Shown: piece by piece, positions 39,646 to 53,923 of the stretch
Numbering within the stretch: position 1 is the first letter of the stretch
Layout of the letters: each line of letters begins with the position of its first letter
NCBI GenBank assembly: GCA_951406725.2
Contig: OX597823.1
Span: 94,364,001 to 94,428,000 of the forward strand
Origin: Octopus vulgaris
Taxonomy: Eukaryota
Length of the DNA stretch: 64,000 bases
Direction: 5' to 3'
Notes under the pieces: model-generated
Database searches by the model: none
Told to the model about the DNA's origin: nothing
The model's input: the letters and a program-made list of their open reading frames with translations, nothing else
Translations under genes and position numbers: made by a program

Positions 39646-40149
39646 AGCATTTTATCCGTCGAGTTCTAATTCCTCCGACATCGACTTTGCCTTTTATCAC
39701 TGTGAAGTCGATAAGATACGGTACTAGTGAAGTACTCGGGTATCGCTGACCATTTCCCCACAAGATTGCTTTCATTGAGCCAAAATTCGAAATAATGAGA
39801 AGAAAGTCAGACAAACAGACAGACATGAGTTTGTGATGCAAACAGGAAAACATGAAAGTATTAGTCTCATAGTATATATTCTATAACTTCTAACTGATAA
39901 AGAACCCAGCCAGAATCATCATCTAAAAAACATCTAAACATCTAAAAAAAAAAAGCCTGTCTGTTATCTCCCTCACCATCCTCAGAGATAAAGCCTTTTT
40001 CTGTTTTGTCCACTGAGACCACGGTTTTTTTAGATATTTCTTTGCCATGAAGAAGAAAGATATGTTTGGAAATAATTATCATCCTATTCTGTTGTCCCTG
40101 TTAATAATTTTTAGTTCGAGATCGCGTCTTTGTTCGTCAGCAGATTTTT

Positions 40150-40800
40150 AACAGTTTGGGGTTAGTCCGATAAGAAAACGTGTTCTAACCTCTGGCCTGA
40201 TGAGTGGTAGGAAAACTTTGCGAACAGTGCTATAGTTCTCAGCAAACATTAAAAGCCATTTAAGCACCAAGCTTACAAATAAAAATCCGAAATATTTCAA
40301 AAGGTTACTGGAGCAACAAGCCAAACAAGCGAACCATTTTGAGATTTCAACCAAAAATAAATAAGTAAATGAATAAATCGAAGAATAAAAATATCGTCGA
40401 ATGAAGTTCAAAATTGCTTGTGATCGACAGAGAGAAATCATCGCTAAGCAAATGGAAAGCAGCACACGCGAGATGACTCACTTATTTTAGCAGCGTGTTA
40501 GCGGTTTGTTTGAATAATGTTTAGTAATGAAGTTGAACAAGGAATTGGCAAAATTCCGCTCTTCGCTAATACAGTCCGAAGGAGAATAATTGAAATGTCT
40601 TCCAGCATCAAGGAGCATGTTTCTAGTGGACTTGTAAAGCAAAATTTGATTTTGCTTTACAAGTTGACTATTCAACCAATATCAAGCGAAAAGCATAACT
40701 TTTAGCATTCGTTCGTTTCAATGAAGGAACTAGAATTATAAACCAATTTTTAAGCTGCAGAGAGCTGCGAGTATAAATCCGAAGTAAATTATATATTTGC
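40150..40800 (+). mobile_element. hAT (Buster/Charlie-type) transposase remnant
   Basis: KIPLFANTVRRRIIEMSSSIKEHV and DFALQVDYSTNI..A*LLAFVRF match IPLSxxTVxRRI...FALQLDESTD...QLLAFVRY. Confidence 0.85.
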
Positions 40801-40989
40801 TGGTCATTACTGTATTTTTGGAACAGAATAGGTAGGACTGCCATAAAGGTTACCGCTTGTACAGTTGGTACAGTGTCTATTGTAATAAACACCATCAAGG
40901 GTTCGATTCCACGACAAAACAATTGAATCACAAAATTCCTTCAATTCGTTGCTTTTCTGTTTGAATTTTTATGATTCAGCTAATATTTG

Positions 40990-41242
40990 CATTATTTACA
41001 TTATTTACATTTGACGGATATTTGTCCTCATCTTGTTTGTTGTTAACACAACGTTTCGGCTGATATACCATCTAGCCTTCATCATGTGTCTTGGAGAAAT
41101 TTTGAGCCTGGGTTCTCCTTCCTAAGGTATTTTTCGATGTTGTTGTTATTATCATTATTATTATTATTCATGTCACTGCCTGGAATCGAACTCGGAATCT
41201 TGTGGTTAGTAGCCGCGCTCTTAACCACTACGCCATATGTCC
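40990..41242 (-). mobile_element. tRNA-headed SINE (family G) carrying a 3' minimal hammerhead motif
   Basis: ggacatatggcgtagtggttaagagc...gagttcgattcc head; (AAT)n linker; HHR at 41045-41090; (aatgtaaat)n tail. Confidence 0.8.
41045..41090 (-). ncRNA. Minimal type-I hammerhead motif within the SINE
   Basis: GACAC-AUGAUGA-A-GGCU...AGCC-GAAACGUU^GUGUU: 5-bp stem I, 4-bp stem II, palindromic ACGU; C3 is A in this copy. Confidence 0.7.
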
Positions 41243-41269
41243 GTGGGCAATAATGAAGTGAATAGCTAA

Positions 41270-41440
41270 TATTGGTTTCAAATTTCGGCACAAGGCCAGC
41301 AATTTCGGGGGAGTGGGGAAGTCGATTACATCGACCCCAGTGCGTAACTGGTACTTATTTTATCGACCCCGAAATAATGAAAGGCACAGTCGATCTCGGC
41401 GGAATCTGAACTCAGAACGCAAAGACAGACGAAATACCAT
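41270..41440 (-). mobile_element. Family A SINE fragment
   Basis: Meta domain and B box on the minus strand; another copy at 41980-42197(-). Confidence 0.75.
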
Positions 41441-41896
41441 TATTTCTAGCATTCTGTGGAAGCTGTGTTAGTGACACATTAAATTAAAAATCGAGTTTAT
41501 AAACGGAAAAAACCCCTTAAGCTGCTGTTTAGGAGTTGAAAGATGAATTGAAAGTATTTTAGGGTTTTTTCCTATCCAATCCAAAAGGCAGAAGCGATTT
41601 AATTATCATCTCAGCAGTAAACGTGATTGTGCCAAACTGGTTTACCGGAGAGAAATATTTTCGTTTATATATGTGTGAGTATGTGTATGGGTGTGCGTGC
41701 GTATGTGCACGTGTGTGTGTATGGATGTGTGCCTGTGTGTGTGTGTGAAAGAGAGAGAGACAGAGAGAGAGTGAGTGAGAGAGAAAGACTACTTTTGTGT
41801 CTGTGTTGGACAGAAACTTATTAAGTATTTGTGAATGCAAGGCAAAAATGGAAATGATTTTAATGCTGAATTCGGAATAATGGAATTTGAGAATGA

Positions 41897-41984
<88 letters not shown>

Positions 41985-42198
41985 CCTTTCTACTAAAGGT
42001 ATAGGGCTTGACATTTGTGGGGAGCGGGCTAGTCATTTACATCGAACCCGGTGTTTCACTGGTACTTTAATTTATCAACCACGGAAGAATGAAAGGTAAA
42101 GTTTACCTCGGCGGAATTTGAAATCAGAACATAAACACAGACGAAATATCGCTAAGCATTTTGCCCTGTGTGCTAACGATTCTGCCAGCGCGCCACAT

Positions 42199-42229
<31 letters not shown>

Positions 42230-42295
42230 AAGAAGAAGAAGAAGAAGAAGAAGAAGAAGAAGAAGAAGAAGAAGAAGAAGAAGAAGAAGAAGAAT

Positions 42296-42750
42296 GATAA
42301 ATGGCCGGATGCCGTACCATGCAGTGGCTCTCATGGCTTCTGATCTTAACTGATTGGAAGTGTCATCATGTACATTGTTTTGTCTTGATATAAAAGATGG
42401 GCTACAGCAAATATTCTGCTCAATACCACAGATTTGCTTGTCAGTTGTTTGACCTTAACCAGTTGAGCATGTCCCTTAGTTGCTGACGATATATGCATTT
42501 CTGACCACGAGCAGAAGTAGTGGGGCAGCATCATAGCCATGTGTTGAGGGGGATTCTTTGGGCTTTGAATAATTAAACTTTGGAAACATGAGTCTTTTGT
42601 TCATCATCCTTAAACAACCCTTATTCAGGGACCTTTTGAGTGGGATGGACTACTCGACCTGCAGAAAATTCTAACTGGGATCCACCTGCGAGGTCATGCG
42701 CTGTTTATCTTGATATGAGAACACTAAGTCGCGCACATATGGTTGTGTTG
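42296..42750. mobile_element. Family F repeat, copy 3 (inverted, truncated), adjacent to (AAG)n
   Basis: Reverse complement of ~34670-35120. Confidence 0.8.
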
Positions 42751-43654
42751 CGAATATCACGTGATCGACTAGGCTATTGGATGCTGTTATACATCGCTGA
42801 TCACAATGCGTTTTACGTCATTTTAGCTTTAGAATGATGCCACAGAGCTGACCGTGCTGTGAATATACATCGTCGTAAATGAGAAGGTGCTCTCCGACGA
42901 CGAAAAACAACAGCGATCAGCATAATCACGTTCGAATCTGTCAAAGCATATAAAGAATGGATAGATATGTTATTGTTTGGATGATTCTGGCTCTTTTTCA
43001 TACGACCCATGAATTACTATCTGTTTGGCAAACAACTGCATGAATCAGCGAATAATTTTTTTGCTATCTTTAAAGAAGAGCCCGTGCTCTTGTTGAATTC
43101 ATCGATTTGGTGGGGTAGCTTTGAATGAGAATACACACAATGAGTTCGAAACACTGGTAACTTAGAGTCCCCTAACAACAATGGACCGCGTGTGTTGTAA
43201 GTACAGATAGTGTTATCAGAGACTTGCGTTGGAATCGACGAGAACCTACTAAGAATGAACAGACACGCTATTGTTTTATATAAAAGATGGATGTAAACAC
43301 TTCCTATCAGCTATTTGGACAAATAAACCCACATTCCGTTATTAATATTTCGATCTCATTTCTGAATAAATGGATGCCTCAATTAAATATTTCTACATCA
43401 GTTATTTAGCTGTGTGGTGAACTTTCCATTTAAGCATCATACTTCGTTCCATCGTTTCATGCTGATTCTTCAGAATTTTAGGCATTGGAATATTTTTCCT
43501 CCTGTCTTTGACTCCATCTTCCTTTCTTCTTTTATTTATTTGTTTCCTTTTTGTTGTCTGACATTATATTCTTATTCAGTATTCTATTGCATAAGAATTT
43601 GATCTAAATTCATAATATTCTCACAGTTGTATAATTCCTATACAAATCATTACA

Positions 43655-43685
<31 letters not shown>

Positions 43686-44377
43686 CGTTATCTACGCAGT
43701 AGATAATGGCTGTCAGTGTTTTAACTGTTGTTTGTTTGATATTCGTTTCGCTGTGGTTGTTGTTGCTTTGTCGACCTAAGACGAGACCGTGGATGACCCT
43801 GTTATATAACTCCACAAATTTGTGAATACTTTCTCAATTATTTCTTCATTTTGATATTCAAACGATATATATAACAAAAAAAAACATATCTACATTTTCT
43901 ACAATGTCGCTCAAATATTTTAGAATTTTAGATCTTATGATTATCAAACAAAAAGCTTTAAACAAATTATCGCTATTATTATTAGCATTATCCGTAAATA
44001 TCATTCAGCTTGTCTGAACATGTGTTCGAGTGTCACGCTCTAACTTTGAAACGAAATGACATTATGAGGGAAAATTTTAAAGATTATGAAACAAGTTCAG
44101 GTGTCAGGCTTTCGATAACCTTAACTTTACAACTAAATCAAACACATCCTCAAAACTGTTTAAACTAAGGAAGCATATCCGAAGGTTACGTTTTAATAAC
44201 CAAACCTTTAAAACTAAATTGAAAACAAACTCGAAATAAGTTCGAGCTCTTATGCTTTAAACAATCTCTGATATGGAACTAAATTGTGCGAGTGTTAATT
44301 TGAAAATTTACCATCGAATCTTTAACAGATTGATCGAATCGATGTGAGGAAGGTCAATGTTATGAATAACATTAAGT

Positions 44378-45012
44378 CGGCGCGTTGGCAGAATTGTTAG
44401 CACCGCCAGGCAAGATGCGTAGCGACATTTTGTCCGTCTTTAAATTCTGAGTTCAAACACCACCGAGGTTCACTTTGCCTTTCATCTTTTCAGGGTAGAT
44501 GAAATAAGTACCAGTTGAACACTGGGGTCGACATAATCAAAACGTAAAGACGGACGAAATGTTGCTAAGCATTTCGCACGGTTTGCTAACGATTTTGCCA
44601 TCTCGCCGCCTTAGAACCAGATGTCATATTGGACAGAAATATTGGTACAATGCCAGAAGGTTCGGGAACTGGAGTAAGTCGATGACATCCTTCACTGTGT
44701 TAAACTGGTACTTTTTTTTGTCGAACCCGAAAGGATGAAAAGCAAAGTTGACCTCACCGGAATTTGAAAAACCAGATATATTACTTCCAGAAAAACAAAA
44801 TAAGGCGACAAGTTAGTAAAATCTTTACCGCGTCGGATCAAATGCATAGCGGCATTTCGTCCGTCTTTACGTTCTGAGTTCTAAGTTCGTCGAGGTGGAC
44901 TTTGCCTTTCATCCATTCGGGGTCGATGAAGCAAGTGCCAGTTGAACGCTGGGTTCGACGTAATCGATTCATCCCTTGGTATTGCTGGTCACGTGCCAAA
45001 TTTTAGAACTAA
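44378..45012. mobile_element. Cluster of four family A SINE pieces in mixed orientation
   Basis: + 44378-44540, - 44540-44612, - 44640-44770, + 44803-45012. Confidence 0.75.
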
Positions 45013-45247
45013 TATTATTTCCGGAAAAAAATACTGAAAGAGAATATAGGTTTATTGGGGGAGAATGTTAGAAAAGTTACCCAAAATCGGGACAGGTAAA
45101 AGCTCCGTAACCTTAGAGCGGCGATGGCCGGAACTTAGCTCGAAAATCTGTAGGATATTGTATAACACAGCAGGAAAGGAAATCACCACAACTCGGTGCA
45201 GCTCTTGTTCTGCAATATATAAACACATGTTAAAGGGAAAACATACT

Positions 45248-45280
<33 letters not shown>

Positions 45281-45759
45281 CTCTGTGTGTGTGTTTGTGT
45301 GTTTGTGTGTGTGTGTGACTGTGTGTGTGTGTGTTCATATAACCATATACATACGAGTATACACATTCATTTATGTGTGCGTGTATGTGTGCATATACAG
45401 AAGGTGAGCCAATGCTTTGTGAAATTGTTACGCGGAAACTGTGCGGAAGCCCATCATATATAATTGTGTGTGTATGTGTGTGTGTGCATGTGTGTGTGTG
45501 TATTCTTGTCTTTGTGTCTGTCTTCCACCACTGCTTTACAACCGGTGTTGGTTTGTATGCATTCCAATGGTTCGGCAAACGAGGTCTGCAGAAGAAGTAC
45601 CAAACTTAGAAATGATTACAGGAACAGCAGGTAAAAGATAGATGTGTGTGTATACATATATACATACACATACACACACACACATACACACACACACACA
45701 CATACACATATATATATGTATACATATTTGTGTGTATGTGTGTGCATGTGTGTGGTTCA

Positions 45760-45915
45760 AATGTACAGAAAGCAAAAGACAAAGACAGGTGAGGGAGTAA
45801 GAAGCAGGTGTATTAATGGAAGAGTCTTTGACGTTTCGAGCCTACGCTCTTCAGCGGAAAGGGATGAAAGAAAAAAAAAGAGAGAAGAAAAAATGTGTCG
45901 GAATTAACGTTTTAA
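45760..45915 (-). mobile_element. Family D repeat with HHR-like motif
   Basis: Reverse complement ctttCCGCTGAagagcgtaggctcGAAACGTCaaag at 45826-45861. Confidence 0.7.
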
Positions 45916-45960
45916 CAGGATACATGTATATACATATACATATAAATTATGTGTGTGTGC

Positions 45961-46001
<41 letters not shown>

Positions 46002-46079
46002 CATACATGCAAACATACATACATATATCTGTATATACAGATAGGTAACAAATGTTAAATGTCAGAGAAAAATAATAGA

Positions 46080-46270
46080 TCTTTGCTGCACTGAGGAGAA
46101 ATCCGCAAATGCTTCGTACGACCTATCAATTTAGATTTATTCCTGTCACTATTGGAGCACTTGACTAATGACGAACTGCCTCTGTATCAATATTGAGGAG
46201 ACGGGTTTCACAAAGCAAAAAACGAACTCACCTCACCATGCCTACACTGGTTCTATCAGTAACATACAAT
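46080..46270 (+). mobile_element. RLE-LINE C-terminal remnant
   Basis: LRRNPQMLRTTYQFRFIPVTIGALD resembles the RLE PIVIGALG motif. Confidence 0.45.
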
Positions 46271-46481
46271 GGTTGCCTTACATGCTTGTGTGCGAGCGCA
46301 CTCAAATATTCGACGACACCAATACAGCTACGCATTATGTCCTCACGCGTACAAACACACAAGCACCCATATACACCCACACAGTCTCATTCATACATAC
46401 ATTCGCGTGCTCGCACACTCATATCTATCAACTCTCAAACAAGAAACCACGTAGACTTGCACGCCCTCAAACATACAGTGG

Positions 46482-46517
<36 letters not shown>

Positions 46518-47424
46518 TACGCACACGCACGCACGCACACACATGTACATGCATACATTCATCGTCACAACCGTGCTAATTCACACATTCACGCATACAT
46601 ACACACACACGCAATCTTGCACACACAGACACACTCACATACACTTAAGCGCAACATCCGTCGCAACCACACACACACACCTAGACACACAGATAAACGC
46701 ACATACAATCACCTACCACCACATGTGCACACGCGCGCACACACACTATTCCACCCACACATGAAGTCACTTTCACACACACACATACACTCTCCATTAC
46801 AAACGCACACACTAACACATACACATACACACAACCTTCTATCACAAACCTTCCCCACACACATACATATACACACACATACACGTACACCCCCTATATC
46901 ACAACCCACACACATACACACACAAACAAGATCCTACCGACATGCATATATATACAAAAAGACACAGACACACCACATCAATCGCAAACACACAGACGCA
47001 GACAAACACACAGACGCACACACAACACACCGAAATACACACGCACGCATACACGCACACTCTTACACACACGCAATAACATGGCGTCTAACTAACATCA
47101 ATGAAATCAGTTGACAGAAGACCGAACTTTGCTTCGACACCGAAGTTATTATATAAAACATAATTTTCTGTTCTATCTTCACAAATGAATATTTATAAGG
47201 TGATAATACAACGGTACGATATGATATTTAGTTACCGAATCACTTTGCCAGCCAAATGATATGGGAACACATAGCACACATACACACATACATACATACA
47301 TACATACATACATACATACATACATACATACATACATACATTCATACATACACACATAGATATCTATCTACATATCTATCAATATATAAATAAACATATA
47401 TTTCTGGATGCACGTATAATCTTT

Positions 47425-47457
<33 letters not shown>

Positions 47458-47467
47458 ATACATATAC

Positions 47468-47515
<48 letters not shown>

Positions 47516-47542
47516 GTATATAAACATGTGTACATATAAATC

Positions 47543-47581
<39 letters not shown>

Positions 47582-48500
47582 ACATGTATATTTATGCATG
47601 TATGTATATATGTGTAGGTGTACATTATGCATACATGTGCACATATGTGTAGATGCACACACAAACACATATATATGAATATATAGATGATAGATATGAA
47701 TATATATATGTACGTATGTATGTATATATATATATATGTATATATTTATATATATGTATATATTTATATATACACACACATTCACACATACGTATTACAT
47801 AGATAAGAAGATACGAAAGTGTGTGGTTGTATATATGTGCATGTGTGTGTATGTGTTTGTGTGTTTGTGTGTGTGTGTATTCATTTATGTTTGTTTTTGT
47901 GAGTACAAACATACCAGTATACACATATCTGTTTACAGAAATATTACTAATTATAAATATACACACCCACATCCGTGCTCATAAATATTTATCATATTTT
48001 CTTTGTATGTTTAATGTTTATATAAATAATTATGTTTCTACACCTACACTCAGTGCCAATGTTTTCCCTTCATTACTATATACATTGGTTGCCGCTCAGT
48101 TAAAATCAGCAGAGTAAGCGTCGCTAATGAGTACTAAAACGATTGGAACATGTCCGTTACTTTATTACTTGTTATGTTTTTAATATTTTAACTGCATTGT
48201 TTTAAACTTCCAAAATTTTGATGTGCTTTATATTATTGAAGATAACATCTTGTAGTTTCATAAATCTGAAGATGGAGACTTTGTCATAGAATTACCAGGA
48301 TATTCTCATGTTTTTCATCGCACTATGCTATACTATATAGGCGCAGATGTGACTGTGTGATAAGAAGGTTTTTTCCCAACCTCATGGTTCCCTGTTCATT
48401 CCCACTGCGTGGCACCTTGGGCAACTGTCTTCTACTACAGTTATGGTCCTACGGAAGCCTTGTGAGTGGATTTGGTAGACGGTATTGAAATATGCCCGTC

Positions 48501-48590
<90 letters not shown>

Positions 48591-48592
<2 letters not shown>

Positions 48593-49148
48593 TGGCTGTC
48601 CCCTCGTTATCGAGTATGGCCATTGCACGAAGCTTAATCAATGTTGTTATCGTGCAATGCCTGTGCAAGAAGATTTTTTTTAAGTGAGGAAAGGCTGTGC
48701 ACTGAGTCAATCCCACTTACTAAGCAACAGCAGTCATTATCCGAAAAGAAGAACAAGTCAACATCATCGGTAACCACTGAGCCGCAGGTTTTATATCGGA
48801 GTTATTCCAGCCAGTTACATGAGTTACCTTCTCCTAGAAGGATGCCCTAACAAAGGCTAGGAGTCCTTCACTCCCAATGGTTTAACCGCGCGATCGGGTA
48901 TTCAGTTCGATTATTTCTATGTGCCCGCGCATAATACAGCCTTAAGACATTTATTGGATGGCCGTTGCCTCTCAAGTGTTCCTCCGCCCTTTGACGGATT
49001 TTGTTTTTCATCCCGCAGCGTGTCCAATAAACACCCTCCTCACCAAGCAAGCTTGGTGGGGTTGCCAGTTTAGTCGCCGACGACCCGAACATACAACAGG
49101 TTGTACTGGGTTACATGTTACCAGTAGCACTCGAAAGTGACCTGACAT
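48591..49148 (-). mobile_element. RTE-derived non-autonomous element (tentative)
   Basis: High-complexity island between (TA)n tracts; contains gggcatccttctaggagaaggtaactc (RTE 5'UTR-like); 49005-49087(-) is homologous to 20736-20820(+). Confidence 0.5.
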
Positions 49149-49195
49149 AAATATGTGTGTGTGTGTGTGTGTGTGTATACATATACATACATATA

Positions 49196-49262
<67 letters not shown>

Positions 49263-49539
49263 ATGTATATATATATATATGTGTGTATATATATATATAT
49301 ACACACATATATATAATCAAAATAAGCAACAAGAATATCTCAGGTAATTTGGTACGATCGTTTCACGCTACATCATTTTATTAAATATTGTAAATATTAC
49401 AACACTTTTAAAATGTTGAGCAATCATCAGCCATTAATAGAGGTTTCCCATTAATACATAATTTTCATATTAATTGATAACATTATAGAGAAGGTAGATA
49501 TATAGATATATTGTGTGTATATGTACATAGTACGAAAGA

Positions 49540-49790
49540 TCCCAGCATCGTCGTTAAGATACAGAACAAGATATTGCACAACAGCTTGGGTTTCAAGGAC
49601 CCGCATCTCTTCAATATCACCCTCACCCCACGAAAAGAAGCCTGAGCGACCTACATGGAATGATTGTAGGTGTCTTCAGAATAAAACTTGATCTCCTCCT
49701 GTCTAAACATTCAGGATGAACCGACCTAGCAGCAGGAATCACAACTGAGAGAGAGAGCTGCGACACCAAACTCCGTCACTCACCATAATG
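49540..49790 (+). mobile_element. CR1/Jockey-group LINE 3' end remnant
   Basis: NSLGFQGPASLQ/LFNI...LSDLHGMIVGVFRIKLDLLLSK..DEPT...AATPNS pattern, frameshifted. Confidence 0.6.
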
Positions 49791-49867
49791 CACATATCAG
49801 AGAAGGAATTCCCAACATGGCCGCAGATCTCATGTTAAAACTAATGAAAGAATAAAAGAATAAAAGA

Positions 49868-49899
<32 letters not shown>

Positions 49900-49900
49900 G

Positions 49901-50193
49901 TGGAGGCACAATGGCTTAGTGGTTAGGGCAGCGGACTTGCGGTCGTAGGATCGCGGTTTCGATTCCCAGACCGGGCGTTGTGTGTGTTTATTGAGCGAAA
50001 ACACCTAAAAGCTTCACGAGGCTCCGGCAGGGGGTGGTGATCCCTGCTGTACTCCTTCACCACTCTTTCTCTCATTCTTTCTTCAGTTGGCCTGCTCGCT
50101 TAGCCAGCGGGGTGGCGTCATTCGAAGGCTAGAACAATGCGAACGCATTGTGACCAGCGATGTGTAACAACATCTGATGGTCGGTCACGTGAT

Positions 50194-50200
<7 letters not shown>
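49901..50200 (+). mobile_element. tRNA-derived SINE (family C head, tail type 2)
   Basis: First ~180 bp match 19880-19700(-); the 3' ~115 bp are unrelated and end in cacgtgat x2, then (TA)n. Confidence 0.85.
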
Positions 50201-50241
<41 letters not shown>

Positions 50242-50244
<3 letters not shown>

Positions 50245-50413
50245 TACTCCAAACATGAAGACACAAAGAGAAAACACAACAACGCGAGGACGTGGAACAA
50301 ATATAATGTTATTGGACGCTCAGGAAAGGAAAGATGGGAGGATTTAACGTTTCGAGTGGAGCTCTTCGTCAGAAACATAGAAAAAGAAAGGGTCCAAGGA
50401 AGGGAAGGAAACA
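50242..50413 (-). mobile_element. Family E repeat with intact minimal HHR motif
   Basis: gtttCTGACGA-A-GAG-CTCCA-CTC-GAAACGTT-aaat at 50342-50376(-). Confidence 0.75.
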
Positions 50414-50419
50414 TGTGTG

Positions 50420-50497
<78 letters not shown>

Positions 50498-50643
50498 CGT
50501 GTATGTATGTGTGCGTATGTGAGTTTTTCTCGAAACGTAAAACGCCCTTTCTTTCCTTCTCTGGGCGTCTCATTAATGCTTTACATCCACTACGTCCTCG
50601 CGTTGTTGGTTTTTCTTGAATATTTTCTTCGTTTTTCGGAGAT

Positions 50644-50699
<56 letters not shown>

Positions 50700-52007
50700 C
50701 ACATACACACACAAACATACATAATACTTATCAGCGCAAAGGCAGAAGGTGAGCGCTTTTATGCATAAATAATAAAGAAATCTATCAAGTGTGTGTGTGT
50801 GCATGTATGTATGTGTGTGTGTGTACACATACGCATGCATACACACACACATTTCTTCGTAGGCAGGTATGTTTTAGTGTACTGTTAATACATATGTGTG
50901 TGTGAGTACGTGCGTACATATATATAGACAGACAGAAATACATAAATACATACATGCATACACACACACACTCTCACACACGCGGGCACACACGCATACA
51001 CATACACACACGCATACATACACATATATAGATATATACACACACACACAGTCATACATACATACACACATTCAGACACACACAAGCACGCGCACACGCA
51101 CGCACACATACATCCATACATATATACACACACATCATACATGCATACATACATAGATACACAGATGCACGCACACACGTTCATACAAACATACACATAC
51201 ACTCACGCACGCACACACAAGCGTACGCATAGATACATACATCCATACACACATACATACACACACACATGCATACACACACATTCATATTTACATATAT
51301 ATACACACACACTCACAGATGCGCGCGTGCACACGTGTACACATACATGCATGCTTACATACATACATACACACACACATACATACATACACATTCATAC
51401 ATACATACATACTACTGGGGATAGAGAGCGTAAATTTGCAATCTCCGTCAGCTTGGACGTAATGGAATATTGCATCGTTGGAAACAGAAGCCAAAAAAAA
51501 ACAATATTTATTATAGGAATCTCATCTTGTGCAAAGACAGAAGACACGAAATGGGTTTCCTAAATCATGCTTCTGTAAAGGAGGAATTGCTTTGATTACC
51601 AAGTGTGGTGTCTTTTGTATTTCGTTTCTTCACACCAGGAAAATCTTCCACAAAAGGTCAAGGAAGCAGCACCGAAATTTTGTGGATAATTTTATCAAAG
51701 AAAGGCGTTTTATGTAGGCCTGTGTATCTCTACGCGTATGTGTGTGGTGTGTGGTGTGGGGTGTATGGTGTGGATATGTATGTATATGCCTCAGGCGTGG
51801 TTTTATGTGGGAATGCGTTTGCTTCTCAAACTCATCGTTTCAAGTTCAATCCTAAAGCGTGGCGTCTTGGGCAAATGTCTACTACAAAGCCTCCGATCGA
51901 TCAAAGCCTCGTGAATGGATTTGGTAGACGGAAACTAAAAGAAGCCTATCGTATGTGTGTGTGTTCATATGTGTGTGTGTGCGTCTTTGTGCTTGTATTT
52001 AATTCAT

Positions 52008-52148
52008 CGCCATGATAGATCGGTAGCCACTACACACATTTTTCTCTCCTTGTTTTTTTCTGTGTCCCTTTCTGTAGAAGAGCGTAGGCTCGAAACGTAA
52101 AATACTTTTTCACTTCCCGAGCGTTATACTAATACATCTGTTTGTTTT
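52008..52148 (+). mobile_element. Family D repeat with HHR motif
   Basis: CTGTAGA-A-GAGCGTAGGCTC-GAAACGTA at 52072-52099. Confidence 0.7.
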
Positions 52149-52427
52149 CTAAGGGGTAAAAATATCCGTATTTACTATCGGTATCAGTCGTTACCTGTGC
52201 TATCCCTGGGCATGGGTATGCAGGCACCCTATGCTTGTTGAGTACAGGTAACAACAGAATAAACAAAAGTTTATCAGGTATCAAATATAAATAATCAGAA
52301 AATGGAGAAAACTTTCGGTCAACAAACAAATTGGATCACATCTGTAAATTATTTTTTAATATAGAACATGACATAACATTTCTATGACATAGATACCCTA
52401 AATTATATGTATATATACATATACATG

Positions 52428-52515
<88 letters not shown>

Positions 52516-52732
52516 TAATCCAAACAAGAAAACAAAAACAAAAAAACAACAACGCAAGGACGTGGAACAAATAAAGTATTATTGGGCGCTCAGGAACGAA
52601 GGGAAGAAGGAGGGTTTGACGTTTCGAGCGGAGCTCTTCGTATGCACGTAAAATATATATGTTTATATTTATATATATATAGATAGATAGATATGTGATA
52701 TATATATATATACGTACACACATACATACGTA

Positions 52733-52773
<41 letters not shown>

Positions 52774-53374
52774 ACACATATATCTAAACTCAACTCTAGT
52801 GTACACGGAATTTGTTGAATTTATAGAAAACTGTGAAGAACGAGAAGAAAATTCTGCTGAGACTATTTTGGACAAAGACAGACTTTGGTAGAACTAATAA
52901 AGGTAGATTCTGATCTTAATAGATTCAGTTGGCTGTTGAATAACAGAAAAACATCTCTCACCAGGGAAATTGAAAGTTGTCAAATTCTTGTGAGGAAACC
53001 TTTTAGTTTTTAGAATAAAATGTTTCTAAAAATGTTTAAATAAATTTATAAAATAAGCATCAACACTTAACAAAAGTTTTGGCACCTTTGGTTTGCTTGA
53101 CAAGTTACGGAGAAGTAAAAAATGGTGAAGAATTCTGGCTAATTAATTTACACGTTCTTGAACTTTTCTACGTGAGAAACTCAACTTTTTAAAGTACGGT
53201 TCTATGTTACTTTATTCGAAAGAAATGTCTAACAATTAAACGAACAAAAAAAAACACTAAAATCTGATAAACGTAAATATATATCTTAGAACAGACTGGA
53301 AGGAAACACTTTAAGCATTCGAGTTTTACTTACAGAATCAACGAAAATAATCACGAATCTTACTTTTATCACAT

Positions 53375-53601
53375 TTTTTTATTTGGTTCAGTTACTGGAC
53401 TGCGGCCATGCTGGGGCGCCGGTTTGAAGAGTTTTAGTCGAACAAATCGATCCCAGCACTTAGATTTTGTTTCCAGCCTGTTGACTTTTTTGCCGAACCG
53501 CAAGGTTAAGGGGACGTAAACAAACCAACACCAGTTGCCAAGCGGCAGGGGGACAAACATACACATAAAGACACACACATACACAAAAGTGTATACATAT
53601 A

Positions 53602-53659
<58 letters not shown>

Positions 53660-53660
53660 T

Positions 53661-53704
<44 letters not shown>

Positions 53705-53858
53705 GACGAGCTTCTTTCAGTTTCCGTCTACCAAATCCACTCACAAGGCTTTGGACAGCTCGAGGCTATAGTAGAATACACTTGCCCAAGGTGCCACGCA
53801 GTGAGACTGAGTCTGGAGCCATGTGGTTCGTAAGCAAGCTACTTACGACACAGCCATA
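53375..53858 (-). mobile_element. Family B CORE-type SINE, full length, with expanded internal (TA)n
   Basis: Reverse complement of the family B consensus seen at 7971-8345. Confidence 0.85.
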
Positions 53859-53859
53859 T

Positions 53860-53923
<64 letters not shown>

